From: Candidatus Micrarchaeota archaeon
Lineage (GTDB): Archaea > Micrarchaeota > Micrarchaeia > Micrarchaeales > CABMGC01
DNA length: 52,154 nucleotides
Assembly (NCBI GenBank): GCA_027315135.1
Contig: DAHUYR010000036.1
Span: forward strand, 1-52,154
Direction: 5' to 3'
A program made the position numbers and the translations under genes. Positions 28,289 through 39,439 of this stretch are shown piece by piece. Under the pieces are notes generated by a model, which searched no databases, was not told the origin of the DNA, and saw nothing but the letters and a program-made list of their open reading frames with translations. The stretch's first letter is position 1. Each line of letters starts with the position of its first letter.

Positions 28289-29578
28289 ATGATAAAGATG
28301 ACTCTTGAACTTCCCCGCGGAACAAAGGATTATGGGCCAAAAGAGAGCATGCGCCTGAAAGCAATAATCTCTAAAGTAGAGGATACTTTTAGGAAATTCG
28401 GCTTCTACCCAATAACTACTCCTGCAATAGAAAAAATAGAGGTGCTGAGCTCAAAGATATACGGCAGTGATGCAAATAATGAGATCTTCCTACTTGACGG
28501 AAAGGAAGCAGGACTGAGGTACGACCTTACGGTGCCTACTGCAAGATACTTTGCAATGAACAAGGGAACGGCCCTGCCATTCAAAAGGTACATGATAGCA
28601 GAGGCATGGCGCAGGGACGAGCCGCAGTTCATGCGCGGAAGAGAGTTCATACAGGCAGACCTTGATGTGATAGGAAGCTCGGAAATAACTGCTGAAGCTG
28701 AGGTAATAGCTGCAACAGCACTTGCCCTGGAGGGCATAGGCATAACTGATTACACGATACTGCTGAACAACCGAATACTACTATCTGCAATAATGGACAA
28801 GTTTGCAATCCCGAAGGACAAGCAGTTGCAGGCGATGCGCATACTGGACAAATTGGCAAAGCTAAGCGCTGAAGAGATATTGAAGCAGATGGATGCTATC
28901 GGAGTAAGCAAGGATACGGCAGAACAACTGCTGAACTTCATAAAGGTGGAAGAGGGCACGCAGCAGAAGCTCACAAGGATAGAGGCGAATACGGATTCCA
29001 CAAAAGCGACAGTTGAAAAGATGCGCAATCTGATATCGCTGCTAGGACTCTACCATATAAACGGCGAATTATCAATCGACCTTTCAGTAATACGCGGACT
29101 GGATTACTATACAGATACGGTATGGGAGATTACTGCTACGACATCAGGAAAGAAGACGCTTGCAATAGCTTCAGGAGGCAGGTATGACAGCCTGATAGAG
29201 AAATATTCGAAGGTGCATACTCCTGCAGTAGGGTCTTCAATAGGGATAAGCAGGGTTGTAGAATTACTCGAAGCAAAATCCGGAGCAAAGACCTATGCAG
29301 ATGTCTATATCTCCTACATGGACAATGAATCAATAAAATATGCGATAGAGGTTGCAAACATATTCAGAAATTCCGGCATAAATGTCGACCTGAACATGAC
29401 TCAGAGGAACATCAGCAAGCAATTGGAATACGTAAACACACTGAGTATAAAATATGTCTGCATAATAGGCCCTTCAGAGGTGCAGACCGGGTTGATAACG
29501 CTAAAGAACATGTATAAAAATGAGGAGACACAGATAGGTCCGGAAGAGGCCGTATCAAAAATAAAAGCTGGTTTGTAA
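28289..29578 (+). CDS. hisS: Histidyl-tRNA synthetase
   Basis: PRGTKD, LRYDLTVP, WRRDEPQ...GREFIQ, RGLDYYT, GGRYD. Confidence 0.96.
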   Translation: MIKMTLELPRGTKDYGPKESMRLKAIISKVEDTFRKFGFYPITTPAIEKIEVLSSKIYGSDANNEIFLLDGKEAGLRYDLTVPTARYFAMNKGTALPFKRYMIAEAWRRDEPQFMRGREFIQADLDVIGSSEITAEAEVIAATALALEGIGITDYTILLNNRILLSAIMDKFAIPKDKQLQAMRILDKLAKLSAEEILKQMDAIGVSKDTAEQLLNFIKVEEGTQQKLTRIEANTDSTKATVEKMRNLISLLGLYHINGELSIDLSVIRGLDYYTDTVWEITATTSGKKTLAIASGGRYDSLIEKYSKVHTPAVGSSIGISRVVELLEAKSGAKTYADVYISYMDNESIKYAIEVANIFRNSGINVDLNMTQRNISKQLEYVNTLSIKYVCIIGPSEVQTGLITLKNMYKNEETQIGPEEAVSKIKAGL

Positions 29579-29579
29579 A

Positions 29580-30080
29580 ATGGCTAAATCAGAGCTCGAC
29601 GAAGTAACAAGAAGGACAATAGAGAACGGCGGAATACTTGCTAAGGCATATTTCGACATGCATAGCGAGAAGGAGGAGGATCTGCAGCCGTTGATGACCG
29701 ATATGATAAGCAACAGGCTGTTAAAATTCCCCGGCGTAGTATACTGTGCAGGAGAGATAGCAGAGCCGTTGAAGGTAGATAACCTCTACACGACCAACGC
29801 AGTGGTAACCATTCTTGTAAAAGACCTCTGGACCCTGCTAAACATATCCTTCAATTTTGTCCCAGCAGGAATAGAGGTGCTGAAACCTGATAAGGAATAT
29901 TATCTTAAACACAATGACTTGCAGGCCATAATGATTAACATAGCGCAGATATCGGCTCAGTTCTCCGAGTATATACTTGGAAATGTATTGTCAAAAGAGG
30001 ATTACGAAAAGGTAAAGCAGGACATGGCCAGGAGGGAGGAGCTCGGGAAGAAACTGATAGGAGAGGGCAAACAGGAGTGA
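29580..30080 (+). CDS. Hypothetical archaeal protein
   Basis: Starts 1 nt after the hisS stop; FVPAGIEVLKP motif followed by a long amphipathic helix. Confidence 0.75.
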   Translation: MAKSELDEVTRRTIENGGILAKAYFDMHSEKEEDLQPLMTDMISNRLLKFPGVVYCAGEIAEPLKVDNLYTTNAVVTILVKDLWTLLNISFNFVPAGIEVLKPDKEYYLKHNDLQAIMINIAQISAQFSEYILGNVLSKEDYEKVKQDMARREELGKKLIGEGKQE

Positions 30081-30081
30081 A

Positions 30082-31182
30082 TCACGCAGGCTTCCTTGTA
30101 AAGAATCTTTTTATCAGCAGGGAAGGATGATCCATATCTCCATATTTCGATATGAAAGAATCCATACCTAGAAAATTCATCACGCTTATCAGCCTGCCTA
30201 TCGAATTGCCATCCAACGAGGAATAAAAGTTGTTTATGTGCGTATGCAGCTTAAGATCCTTGCCATATTTCTTTGCGAACGCTTTCTCATACTCTGCAAG
30301 GCTCTTTCCAGATGTAATGCTGTCGCATATCGCACGCGCAGCCATTATCGCAGCAGCTGAACCATAAACTATTCCACCTCCGGTGGTTCCCTTTACCTGT
30401 CCGGCTGCATCTCCTACGAGGAGCACCCTTTTTTCAGGATTAACTATCCTCCTGCGCATCTGCAGAGGTATCATGCTCGCTCCGTTATCTATCATCTTTG
30501 CACTGCCAACGGCATCAGTCACCTCTTTCAGCGCAAGGAATCTGTCAAGAGCCTTTCTTGCATTTCCTTTTGAAGAATCTATGCCAACACCCACTTCCAG
30601 CACATCCTTTGCATTTGGGCACATCCACGCAAAAAGTCCGGGAAACGCCTTCTTGTCAAAAAACAGGTCCACATAGCCAGGCTCATCAACATCTACGTTG
30701 AATTCAGCCTTATATGTAAGCACATATCTGCCTATGGGCCCCATGCCAAAGTGCTTTGCTACAGCAGATACTGCTCCATCAGCCCCAACAATTATCGAAT
30801 CCTTATGCAGCTTTCCAATCGCTGTGCCATTTATCCTCACTCCCTTTTTTATTACAGCTCCAGCATGCTCTGCTTCATCTGCGCATATGTCTGCAAGCTT
30901 CTTCCTGTCAAGCACCTTTGCCACAGGCTCTTTAGCAGATATGCGCATGATTCTTTTACCTGCATGTATCCTCGCCCCGCGCAATGTGTTTGTTACAGCG
31001 CTCTCATAAGCTATCCCAGACATCTTCAATCCGTTTATGGATATTATTCCAGATGCTCTTACAGGAAGCCCAAGCTCTGTCTTCTGATCATATATCACAG
31101 TGTGCACTCCTCTGCCAGCAAGTTCTCTGCCTGCTACCAAACCTGCGGTCCCCGCACCTATTACTGAAACTTTGCCACGCAT
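30082..31182 (-). CDS. Geranylgeranyl reductase-family FAD oxidoreductase
   Basis: VIGAGTAG, GADG, FAWMCP, LVGDAAGQVKGTTGGGI; start reset to MRGKV at 31182. Confidence 0.88.
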   Translation of the reverse strand: MRGKVSVIGAGTAGLVAGRELAGRGVHTVIYDQKTELGLPVRASGIISINGLKMSGIAYESAVTNTLRGARIHAGKRIMRISAKEPVAKVLDRKKLADICADEAEHAGAVIKKGVRINGTAIGKLHKDSIIVGADGAVSAVAKHFGMGPIGRYVLTYKAEFNVDVDEPGYVDLFFDKKAFPGLFAWMCPNAKDVLEVGVGIDSSKGNARKALDRFLALKEVTDAVGSAKMIDNGASMIPLQMRRRIVNPEKRVLLVGDAAGQVKGTTGGGIVYGSAAAIMAARAICDSITSGKSLAEYEKAFAKKYGKDLKLHTHINNFYSSLDGNSIGRLISVMNFLGMDSFISKYGDMDHPSLLIKRFFTRKPA

Positions 31183-31295
31183 AGAAGCACTCTGCCTAAA
31201 AGTAACATACACTTTTATTAATACGACTAATGTATCTTCTGTATTGTAAATAGAACATTTACCTTTAATAATGCAAATTATCAAAGAATGGTCAT

Positions 31296-34200
31296 ATGCT
31301 GTTTATATTAGCACTCTTTATAGGGATAATAAGCGTCATAGTTCCTGGATTCCTCCTTGCGCTAGCTCTACTACACAGGACCAGGATGAACAAGCTTTTC
31401 ATATTCATGTTCGGGATAGCCTTCGGACTGATCTTCCCACCGACAATGATATGGCTTGAGGCTTATCTGATACCTATCTCTCCAGTATTCGCATTCTCTG
31501 CAGGGCTGTATGATGTAAACGTAGTAATACTTTCAATAATAGGACTAGTACTTTCCATAAGGGAGGGTGCCATAGACCTTTCAGCACTCGGAGCGCCAAA
31601 GCCAAAGGCAGGCAAACAATCCATAAACAAAGAGATTGAGCTTGATTATAAGAAGAGGCTGCACAGCCTGAGGGAGAGGGCAGCAACAAACAGCGCAGTG
31701 CTCAAGATTGTAAAGGCGCACGAGAAGGACGAGGAATACCTGTTCAACAGGCATGCTGAAGAGCTTTCATCGTTAAAAGACATAGGTCCGGAGGAAAGGA
31801 GAAATATAGAGGACAGGCATGCAAAGGAGGAGAGGAGGCTTTACGAAGAACATGAAACCGAGGAGCAGGAGCTCATAGGGGAAAAGCCTAAGGAAACCGG
31901 GAGGGGCTCATCAATAAATCTCGTATACCTGGGGCTGATAGCACTAATGCTCATAACATTCTTGACGAGAATAGCAAACATAGCTGTCTCACCCACTTAC
32001 TTCGAATTCGATCCATATTACGACATGATAAGCACAGAGTACATCCTTGTGCACGGATACCAGCTGCTGTATGACAACGCTGCATGGCCCGGCTTCCTTC
32101 CAAATTCAATGCACAGGCTGCAGCCTCTAGTGCCTTATATTGAAGCTTACTGGTATACTATATCAAACACGGCAAGTGCATCTGCGCATTATGTCAACAC
32201 AAATCTCCTTAGCCTAGTTAGCAGCTATTATCCGCCGATAACTGCAGCATTCCTTGTGTTCGCAGTCTTCATCTACCTTTATTATGAATACGGGAAGATG
32301 CCGGCCCTGCTTGGAGCAAGCCTGGCTACCTTCATGCCTGCATTGATAACAACCTTCATAGCCGGTGAGCAGCTGCTCGAGCCATGGGGAATATTCGCAA
32401 TGTTCTTCTTCTATGCCACTTATCTGCTTGCAATAAATAATCCCAAGGAGTACAGATATACGATTCTTGCAGGGATAGCCTTTGCATCAAACTTCCTAGG
32501 TGCCCACTACTACACAGTTACCGCAGGAGTTCTGGGATTCTACATACTTTTGCAGGGAGTAATCAACGTACTGAAGAGAAACGATAACAAGGACTTCTAC
32601 AAGATGAACGCCCTTCTTATAGGCATAATAATCGTAACCTTCGCTCTGTATAACGCATACAACGCGACGCTCACCTCACAAACCTCAAGTATCCTCGGCG
32701 TGCCTATAGTCATAGCGATACCGACCTTGGCCCTGATATTCGTCGCAGCGTTTGAATTCCTGCCAAAGCTGCTGAAGGAAAAGAACTATCTTAAGAAAAT
32801 AGACACTTTCACATATGTTATGTTCCTTGCGTTATTTGCTATCATTGTAATGCTATTGATAGCATTCACTCCTGTAGGAAAGCCTTTCGATAAATATCTG
32901 GCACTCAGCGCCCATTACACAACGCCTTCGATACCTCTTTTCATGACAGTCCAGGAGTATGCACCAACAGGGTTCAATTACAATTTCGGCTCTGCAGGCT
33001 TCGGCCTGATAGGGTTCAATATAGGAGGACTAGCGATACTAGTCTGGGGCGTACTGCTTGCATTTACCGCACTTATGATATATGCTATATATAACAGGGA
33101 TTCGCGAACAAGTGTCCTTTCACTGGCAATGGTGTGGCCACTGGCAATAGCCGGCATGTCCGAAGTCAAATACCTGCCACACTTCGGAGTAGGTTACATA
33201 ATCGCTATATGCGCCATACTCGGCGAAGTGATGGTGCTGTATCCAAAGTACAGCAAACTAAAGTGGCCAAACTTCTTCACCCCAACAAACGCAATCTTCA
33301 TCATAGCAATAATAATATTCCTGTCAGAATTCGTTCTTACTGCCCCATCCTTTGCATCTATGCTGAATCCAAACTGCAATACGATAAACAGTTCCATAAC
33401 GGCTGATATGTACTGCAACCAGGTGCCTGGGTACTGGATAAACGCGACAAATTGGATGAAGCAGAATGTCGGCCCATATGCTCCAAGAATACTTGCATGG
33501 TGGGACTATGGTGACTGGATAAACTGGTTCGGGAACAGCAATGCGGTAATAAGGGGAGACAACGCAGTTGCAAAGCTTGATTATGCGACAGCTGCGCAAT
33601 ATGTTCTAGGCCCTAAGGACGGCTACAACACGACAGAACTGGCGAAATTCATGAATACCAACCAAGCAGGATACATACTCATGGACAATCAACTTGTGCC
33701 TAAATGGGGAGCATTGGACTTCCTGGCATGCATAGACACAAACCAGACGACTATGCAGTATGCGCAGAGTCAGGGCGCACAGCAAAGCCCGCCACAACCA
33801 TACCAGCTTGGCACATCGCCATGCGAGCTGGCACATGATCCTGCATTCATATATGTGCCAGTGCAGCAGACCAGCAGTGGAATAACTATAGCTCAGAGCG
33901 TAAGCAGTTACTGCGCGTATGGCAATTCGACCAACACGGCGATAAAAGGACTGGTCTCTACAGGAAGCTCATTACTGAATACAACTTACTGCGTGCCAAC
34001 AAGCTTCCTCAATTCAGGAAACCCGACATATATCTATACTGCAAACGGCATCAAGACGAATATGATGCTTGCATCCCAGCCTGTGCTCTACGGCGGAGTG
34101 TCTGACATACAGGGTCAACTCTTCATAAGTTTCATGATACTGATGGTTCCGAACGGACCTAACAATACCATAACAAATCCATTATCGGAATTTTACCAGT

Positions 34201-34400
34201 CGAACTACTACAAAGGATTCTTCCTAGGTCACATAAACGGACTGACTCTGGTATACCCGACAAACTTCACAGGAGGGGTAAACTACATAAACTCGACAAA
34301 TGAAATCATGATATACAAGCTAAACAACTTCACTGGATCTCTTCCGAATGTGACCCAGAAGGCGTCTTGGGTGACCAACAACCTGACAATGCCTGGATAA
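31296..34400 (+). CDS. aglB: Oligosaccharyltransferase AglB/STT3 with N-terminal extension
   Basis: EFDPYY, TVQE, AWWDYG, DN and DNQLVPK (DK-like) motifs; many TM helices. Confidence 0.9.
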   Translation: MLFILALFIGIISVIVPGFLLALALLHRTRMNKLFIFMFGIAFGLIFPPTMIWLEAYLIPISPVFAFSAGLYDVNVVILSIIGLVLSIREGAIDLSALGAPKPKAGKQSINKEIELDYKKRLHSLRERAATNSAVLKIVKAHEKDEEYLFNRHAEELSSLKDIGPEERRNIEDRHAKEERRLYEEHETEEQELIGEKPKETGRGSSINLVYLGLIALMLITFLTRIANIAVSPTYFEFDPYYDMISTEYILVHGYQLLYDNAAWPGFLPNSMHRLQPLVPYIEAYWYTISNTASASAHYVNTNLLSLVSSYYPPITAAFLVFAVFIYLYYEYGKMPALLGASLATFMPALITTFIAGEQLLEPWGIFAMFFFYATYLLAINNPKEYRYTILAGIAFASNFLGAHYYTVTAGVLGFYILLQGVINVLKRNDNKDFYKMNALLIGIIIVTFALYNAYNATLTSQTSSILGVPIVIAIPTLALIFVAAFEFLPKLLKEKNYLKKIDTFTYVMFLALFAIIVMLLIAFTPVGKPFDKYLALSAHYTTPSIPLFMTVQEYAPTGFNYNFGSAGFGLIGFNIGGLAILVWGVLLAFTALMIYAIYNRDSRTSVLSLAMVWPLAIAGMSEVKYLPHFGVGYIIAICAILGEVMVLYPKYSKLKWPNFFTPTNAIFIIAIIIFLSEFVLTAPSFASMLNPNCNTINSSITADMYCNQVPGYWINATNWMKQNVGPYAPRILAWWDYGDWINWFGNSNAVIRGDNAVAKLDYATAAQYVLGPKDGYNTTELAKFMNTNQAGYILMDNQLVPKWGALDFLACIDTNQTTMQYAQSQGAQQSPPQPYQLGTSPCELAHDPAFIYVPVQQTSSGITIAQSVSSYCAYGNSTNTAIKGLVSTGSSLLNTTYCVPTSFLNSGNPTYIYTANGIKTNMMLASQPVLYGGVSDIQGQLFISFMILMVPNGPNNTITNPLSEFYQSNYYKGFFLGHINGLTLVYPTNFTGGVNYINSTNEIMIYKLNNFTGSLPNVTQKASWVTNNLTMPG

Positions 34401-34413
34401 TCTCGGTCTTTAG

Positions 34414-35547
34414 ATGAAATTGTTGATAATACAGCCTTACCTGAACATAAAAGGAGGAGTCGAACGGGTAATATTAGAGATAGCAAAACACTACGACGCA
34501 ACTATCTATACTACAGAGTACGACAAAGCGGCGACATTCGAGGGATTCAAAGATACTGACATTAAAATAGTGGGAAAGGACGTTCCACTTGCAGACCGGC
34601 TTCCTTACAGGGCCTCCCAGGGACTGAGATACGGGTACAATTTCTACAATCTTAAGATAAAGGACGATTATGATGTGGCAAATCCTCACATCTCCCCAAG
34701 TGAGTGGATAAGGCACAAGAACGAGCATGTCCTGTGGTACTGCCACACCCCTCCAAGAGAGGTGTATGACTTATATGCTGTGCGGATGATGCAAAGGTCC
34801 TACAAGGAGAAGATGCTCTATGCTGCAATGACCGGTGCGTACAAGATAGTGGCAAAGAATATAGTCAAGAACATAGAGGAAGTTGCGGCGAACAGCCAGG
34901 TAACCAGGCAGCGCATAAAGAAATACTACTCGAAAGAATCAACAGTGATAAATCCCGGCATAGACTATGAGAGGTTCAGCGAAGGAGGCGACGACAAATA
35001 CTTCGTATATCCATCAAGATTCGTAGTGAACAAAAGGCAGGAGTATGTGATAAATGCTTTTAAGGAATATGTTAAAAAAACGAAGAGCAATCACAGCCTA
35101 ATACTTGCAGGCACTCTGTCCAAAGATCCGGAGCACATAAGGTATATGCAGAGGCTGAAGAACCTTGCCGGGAGCGCAAAGATCAGGTTCATGCCGAATC
35201 CCAGCGACAAGAAGCTTGCAGAGCTCTATTCAAGAAGTACGGCGGTGCTATTCGCAGCCATTAACGAAGACTTTGGCATAGTTCCGCTGGAAGGAATGGC
35301 AAGTTCAAAGCCAGTCATATCTGTAAATGAGGGAGGGCCTACGGAAACGATACTCAACAGGAAGACCGGCTTCCTTGTAAATTCATACTCTGAAATGGCA
35401 GAAAGAATGCAGCAGGTGGTTGATAACCCGTCAATGGCGAAAAGAATGGGCAAAGCCGGAAGAAACCGCATAATAAGCCATTATTCATGGCAGTCATTCT
35501 TCTACGAGTTTGACAGGCTTGCAAAGAGCGTAGCTAAGGCCGATTAA
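34414..35547 (+). CDS. GT4-family glycosyltransferase
   Basis: GGVERV, YCHTP, KRQ, EDFGIVPLEGMASSKPVI. Confidence 0.92.
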   Translation: MKLLIIQPYLNIKGGVERVILEIAKHYDATIYTTEYDKAATFEGFKDTDIKIVGKDVPLADRLPYRASQGLRYGYNFYNLKIKDDYDVANPHISPSEWIRHKNEHVLWYCHTPPREVYDLYAVRMMQRSYKEKMLYAAMTGAYKIVAKNIVKNIEEVAANSQVTRQRIKKYYSKESTVINPGIDYERFSEGGDDKYFVYPSRFVVNKRQEYVINAFKEYVKKTKSNHSLILAGTLSKDPEHIRYMQRLKNLAGSAKIRFMPNPSDKKLAELYSRSTAVLFAAINEDFGIVPLEGMASSKPVISVNEGGPTETILNRKTGFLVNSYSEMAERMQQVVDNPSMAKRMGKAGRNRIISHYSWQSFFYEFDRLAKSVAKAD

Positions 35548-35707
35548 ACAGCACTCTCTGCCAGTCCTGATGCATAAAGCGGTATAAAAAGGCGCCTTTG
35601 CAGAGAAAACTATAAAAATCTTAAGCAGCATAACAATAATGCGATAATGACCTAATCAGCTAGCTTTTTAGGAAGAATTCTACTTATATTATCATAAAGG
35701 TGAAAAA

Positions 35708-37363
35708 ATGGCTGAAAATAAACTAGGCGGACAACAGTATCTTGTACTGCCTGAAGGAGCAAACAGGATTCTAGGAAGGGAAGCACAGAGAACAAACATA
35801 GCCGTAGGTTATGCTGTAGCAAGCATCATAAAGACAACTCTTGGCCCTAAGGGAATGGACAAGATGCTTGTGAGCGAACTTGGCGACATAGTGATCACAA
35901 ACGACGGAGCGACGATTCTGGAAGAGATGAATGTGGAACATCCTATAGCAAAAATACTTGTTGACGTAGCAAAGACGCAGGACAAAGAGGTTGGCGACGG
36001 AACGACTACAGCTGTAATAATAGCAGGGGATCTTCTCAGGAATGCAGGAAACCTGCTGGATCAGGGAGTTCCTCCGGCTGCAATAATAAGAGGCTACGGA
36101 ATGGCCTCGTCAAAGGCAAAAGAGATACTAGCTTCGATATCAAGCAATGTAACGATAAACGACCAGAAGCAGCTTGAGAAGATAGCGCAGATATCCATAG
36201 GCTCAAAGAACATAGGAGACGATCAGACAATGAAGCATCTAACAGACATAGCGATAAAGGCAGTGAAGCAGGTTGCTACAAAAGAAGGAGAAAAGGTAAA
36301 GATAGACAAGGACTTCATAAAGCTCGAGAAGAAAGAGGGCGGAAGCATAATAGACACAGAGCTGATAAACGGCGTTCTGATAGACAAAGAGATAGCTCAT
36401 CCTGGTATGCCAAAGAGCATTAAGAATGCAAACATAGCCATTCTCGACGTAGCTCTTGAGATAGAGAAGACCGAGACAGAGGCAAAGATAGAGATAACAT
36501 CGCCTGAGCAGATGCAAGCCTTCCTGGCACAGGAAGAGAAGATGCTCAAAGACATGGTGGACAAGATAGCAAAATCAAAAGCCAATGTCGTCTTCGTGCA
36601 GAAGGGCATAGACGATGTCGCACAGCACTATCTGTCAAAAGCAGGGATAATGGCAATAAGGCGTGTAAAGAAATCTGACATGGAGAAGATTTCAAAGGCA
36701 ACCGGCGCAAGGCTGGTAACAAGCCTTGACGACCTCTCAACAGAAGATCTCGGACACGCAGGAGATGTCGCCGAAAGAAAGATCAGCGGAGAGCAGATGG
36801 TCTTCGTAGAGAAGTGCAAGGATCCTAAGAGCGTAACAATATTCATAAGAGGCTCCACAAAGCAGACAGCTGACGAGGTGGAGAGATCTTTAGTGGACGT
36901 AATGGGCGCTATCACAAGTGCGATAGAGCTTGGCAAGTACGTGACCGGAGGAGGCAGCGCCGAGATAGAGATGGCAATGCAGCTCAGGGAGATGGCAACA
37001 GATGTCGGAGGCAGGGAGCAGCTTGCAATACAGGCGTTTGCCGATGCAACAGAGGTGATACCAAAGACCCTTGCGGACAGCGCAGGAATGGATCCTATAG
37101 ACACTCTGGTGCAGCTGAGGAGCAAGCACAAGGGCAAGTCAGGAAGAAGCTTCGGAGTAGACATATTCACTAACAAGATAAGCGACATGGAGCAGCTCGG
37201 CGTGATAGAACCTACAAAGGTAAAGTATCAGGCCATATCGAGCGCAACAGAGGCAACTGTCTCTATTCTGAGAATAGACGACATGATAAGCTCCAAGGGA
37301 TCAAGGCCTTCCGGAGGAGCGGGAGGCATGCCTCCTGGCGCAGGAGGCTTCGGTGAGGACTAA
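35708..37363 (+). CDS. thsA: Thermosome (group II chaperonin) subunit
   Basis: [30 protein letters not shown], Gly/Met-rich tail. Confidence 0.96.
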   Translation: MAENKLGGQQYLVLPEGANRILGREAQRTNIAVGYAVASIIKTTLGPKGMDKMLVSELGDIVITNDGATILEEMNVEHPIAKILVDVAKTQDKEVGDGTTTAVIIAGDLLRNAGNLLDQGVPPAAIIRGYGMASSKAKEILASISSNVTINDQKQLEKIAQISIGSKNIGDDQTMKHLTDIAIKAVKQVATKEGEKVKIDKDFIKLEKKEGGSIIDTELINGVLIDKEIAHPGMPKSIKNANIAILDVALEIEKTETEAKIEITSPEQMQAFLAQEEKMLKDMVDKIAKSKANVVFVQKGIDDVAQHYLSKAGIMAIRRVKKSDMEKISKATGARLVTSLDDLSTEDLGHAGDVAERKISGEQMVFVEKCKDPKSVTIFIRGSTKQTADEVERSLVDVMGAITSAIELGKYVTGGGSAEIEMAMQLREMATDVGGREQLAIQAFADATEVIPKTLADSAGMDPIDTLVQLRSKHKGKSGRSFGVDIFTNKISDMEQLGVIEPTKVKYQAISSATEATVSILRIDDMISSKGSRPSGGAGGMPPGAGGFGED

Positions 37364-37383
37364 CCTCACCGGCGGTGCTTTCG

Positions 37384-37959
37384 ATGCCTAAAAAAATACT
37401 ACTTACAGGCACTCCAGGGGCAGGAAAGAGCACCATACTTGCGCTCTACAACAAGAAGAACAAGTCGGTCTCTATAACAAACCTAGGCACAGTGATGATG
37501 AAGGCAGCCAAGGAGGAGCATAAAAACATCAAGAGCAGGGATCGGCTAAGGTACATGAGCGACAGCGACATAATAGAGGTAAGGGAGAAAGCGCTCTCCA
37601 TGATAATGTCCGACAGGAAAAACTCAATAATAGACACGCACTCCTCGGTAAAGCAGGGCAGGCGATACGTCCCAGGATTCTCAATGAGGGAGCTTGGAAA
37701 GCTGGAAATCGATGCTATTATATATGTGGACGCATCATCAGATGATATAATAAGGAGAAGAATGTTGGACAGTTCAAGGAAAAGAGAGATTGAAGGGCCG
37801 CTGGAGATAGACGAGCAAAGGAGCATAAACCTTGCTATAATCTCGACAATAGCCCTGCATTTAAATATTCCAATATACATATTATACAATAGAGAAGGTA
37901 CGGCTAAGGAGGCTGCACAACAGGTAAAAGAGATAGCAAAAGAAGTATTCGGCGAATGA
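37384..37959 (+). CDS. adkA: Archaeal adenylate kinase
   Basis: TGTPGAGKST, RDRLR, IDTH, YVPG, RRMLDSSRKR; synteny with DUF106-L34e-cmk-L14e. Confidence 0.9.
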   Translation: MPKKILLTGTPGAGKSTILALYNKKNKSVSITNLGTVMMKAAKEEHKNIKSRDRLRYMSDSDIIEVREKALSMIMSDRKNSIIDTHSSVKQGRRYVPGFSMRELGKLEIDAIIYVDASSDDIIRRRMLDSSRKREIEGPLEIDEQRSINLAIISTIALHLNIPIYILYNREGTAKEAAQQVKEIAKEVFGE

Positions 37960-38450
37960 ACATGGACATGATTCTATATTTGATGCTAATCGGAATCGTT
38001 TACGCACTGATTGCAATAGTCATACAGCGCAAGCTTACTAACCCTCTAAAGTCGATAGAGGTGCAGATTATAATGCAGGAACGCCTGAAGGAAATTAAGG
38101 ATCTTGCAGCTACCGACAAGGAACTGTATACGAAGAAGCAGCAAGAGGTATCAAAGATGATGATGGACAACATGAAGCAACAGTTCAAGCCATTAATAGT
38201 AACCTTCCCGATGTTCCTCGGAGTATTCTACTTGCTGCTACCATATTTATTCAGTGGTTTTCTTGCAACAACGCCTGAGTTAACTATACTATCAATGCCT
38301 CTGACCTATTCGCAGTTCTTCATAGCAATTATCTTTGTAATCGGTATGGTAGCGTCTTTGACTCTACAGAGCAGGGACAAGAAAAAGGTAATCAAGAGAA
38401 GGGCGCAAGAGACAAACCAAACCAATAATAATGTTAGCCAATCCCAATAA
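37956..38450 (+). CDS. DUF106 / EMC3-TMCO1 (Oxa1-superfamily) membrane protein
   Basis: TM, coiled coil, MKQQFKPLIVT, two further TMs; canonical location after adkA. Confidence 0.85.
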   Translation: MNMDMILYLMLIGIVYALIAIVIQRKLTNPLKSIEVQIIMQERLKEIKDLAATDKELYTKKQQEVSKMMMDNMKQQFKPLIVTFPMFLGVFYLLLPYLFSGFLATTPELTILSMPLTYSQFFIAIIFVIGMVASLTLQSRDKKKVIKRRAQETNQTNNNVSQSQ

Positions 38451-38483
38451 GACTACAAATTATGAATACTTAGTAGTGATATT

Positions 38484-38810
38484 ATGCCAAAACCAATGCA
38501 CAGATCAAGAAGCTTCAGGCGCCTGGACAGGGTAACCCCTAAGAACAGGCACGTTATACACTATAAAAGGAAGGAAGGTTCTTTTCCTCATTGTGCAATA
38601 TGCAAGAATGAACTGAACGGCATACCTAGGGCAACCCAGGGCAAAAGCAAGAGCGCAAAGACAAACGCAAGGCTATTCGGAGGAGTGCTATGCTCAAAAT
38701 GCTCAAGCAACGTGATAAAGCTTGCAAGCAGGATTGAAAACGGAGAAATGAAGATCAACGACATAGGGATGCGAGAGAAGAACTACGTCCTGCAGATGAT
38801 CTCACATTAA
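38484..38810 (+). CDS. rpl34e: 50S ribosomal protein L34e
   Basis: MPKPMHRSRSFRR..TP, CAIC, RLFGGVLCSKC. Confidence 0.95.
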   Translation: MPKPMHRSRSFRRLDRVTPKNRHVIHYKRKEGSFPHCAICKNELNGIPRATQGKSKSAKTNARLFGGVLCSKCSSNVIKLASRIENGEMKINDIGMREKNYVLQMISH

Positions 38811-38829
38811 AGCGCGCCTATGCGATAAC

Positions 38830-39390
38830 ATGGATGCATTAATAATATCAGGGGAGCCTGCAGCAGGCAAGACCACTGTAGCAAGACTCCTGGCAGATAA
38901 ACTAAATCTTAAGATGCTGGGTGGCGGAGACATATTAAAGGAACTTGCCAAGGAGCACGGTTACAACCCGACTGGTGAGGAATGGTGGGACACGGCAGAC
39001 GGTATAGCTTTCCTAAAGAAGAGGGAGAAGGATCCTGAATTTGATATAAAGGCAGACAAGATAATTAAGGCAAAGATAGATTCTGGAAACATAATACTGA
39101 CGAGTTATACTGCTCCATGGATATCCAAGAAGGGCTTCAAGGTGTGGCTTCAGTGCAGCGCCTCAAAAAGGGCAGAAAGAATGGCAAAGCGCGACCACAC
39201 AACAATGGTAGAGAGCGAGAACGCAGTAATTGTAAGGGACAAGGAGAATTACATGCTTTATAAGGGATTATACCAGATAGAGTTCGGCAGGGATCTAAGC
39301 CCATTCAACATGATAATAGACACTGAGAACAAGAAACCCAATGACATAGCAGAAATGATAATGGCAGAGTTCAGGAAAGCAAACAAATAA
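38830..39390 (+). CDS. cmk: Cytidylate kinase
   Basis: ISGEPAAGKTT, RAERMAKRD, IIDT; synteny. Confidence 0.9.
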   Translation: MDALIISGEPAAGKTTVARLLADKLNLKMLGGGDILKELAKEHGYNPTGEEWWDTADGIAFLKKREKDPEFDIKADKIIKAKIDSGNIILTSYTAPWISKKGFKVWLQCSASKRAERMAKRDHTTMVESENAVIVRDKENYMLYKGLYQIEFGRDLSPFNMIIDTENKKPNDIAEMIMAEFRKANK

Positions 39391-39439
39391 AAGAGTTTAC
39401 TGATATAGAAACTTGCTCATTTTGCTTAAAAGTGATTTT

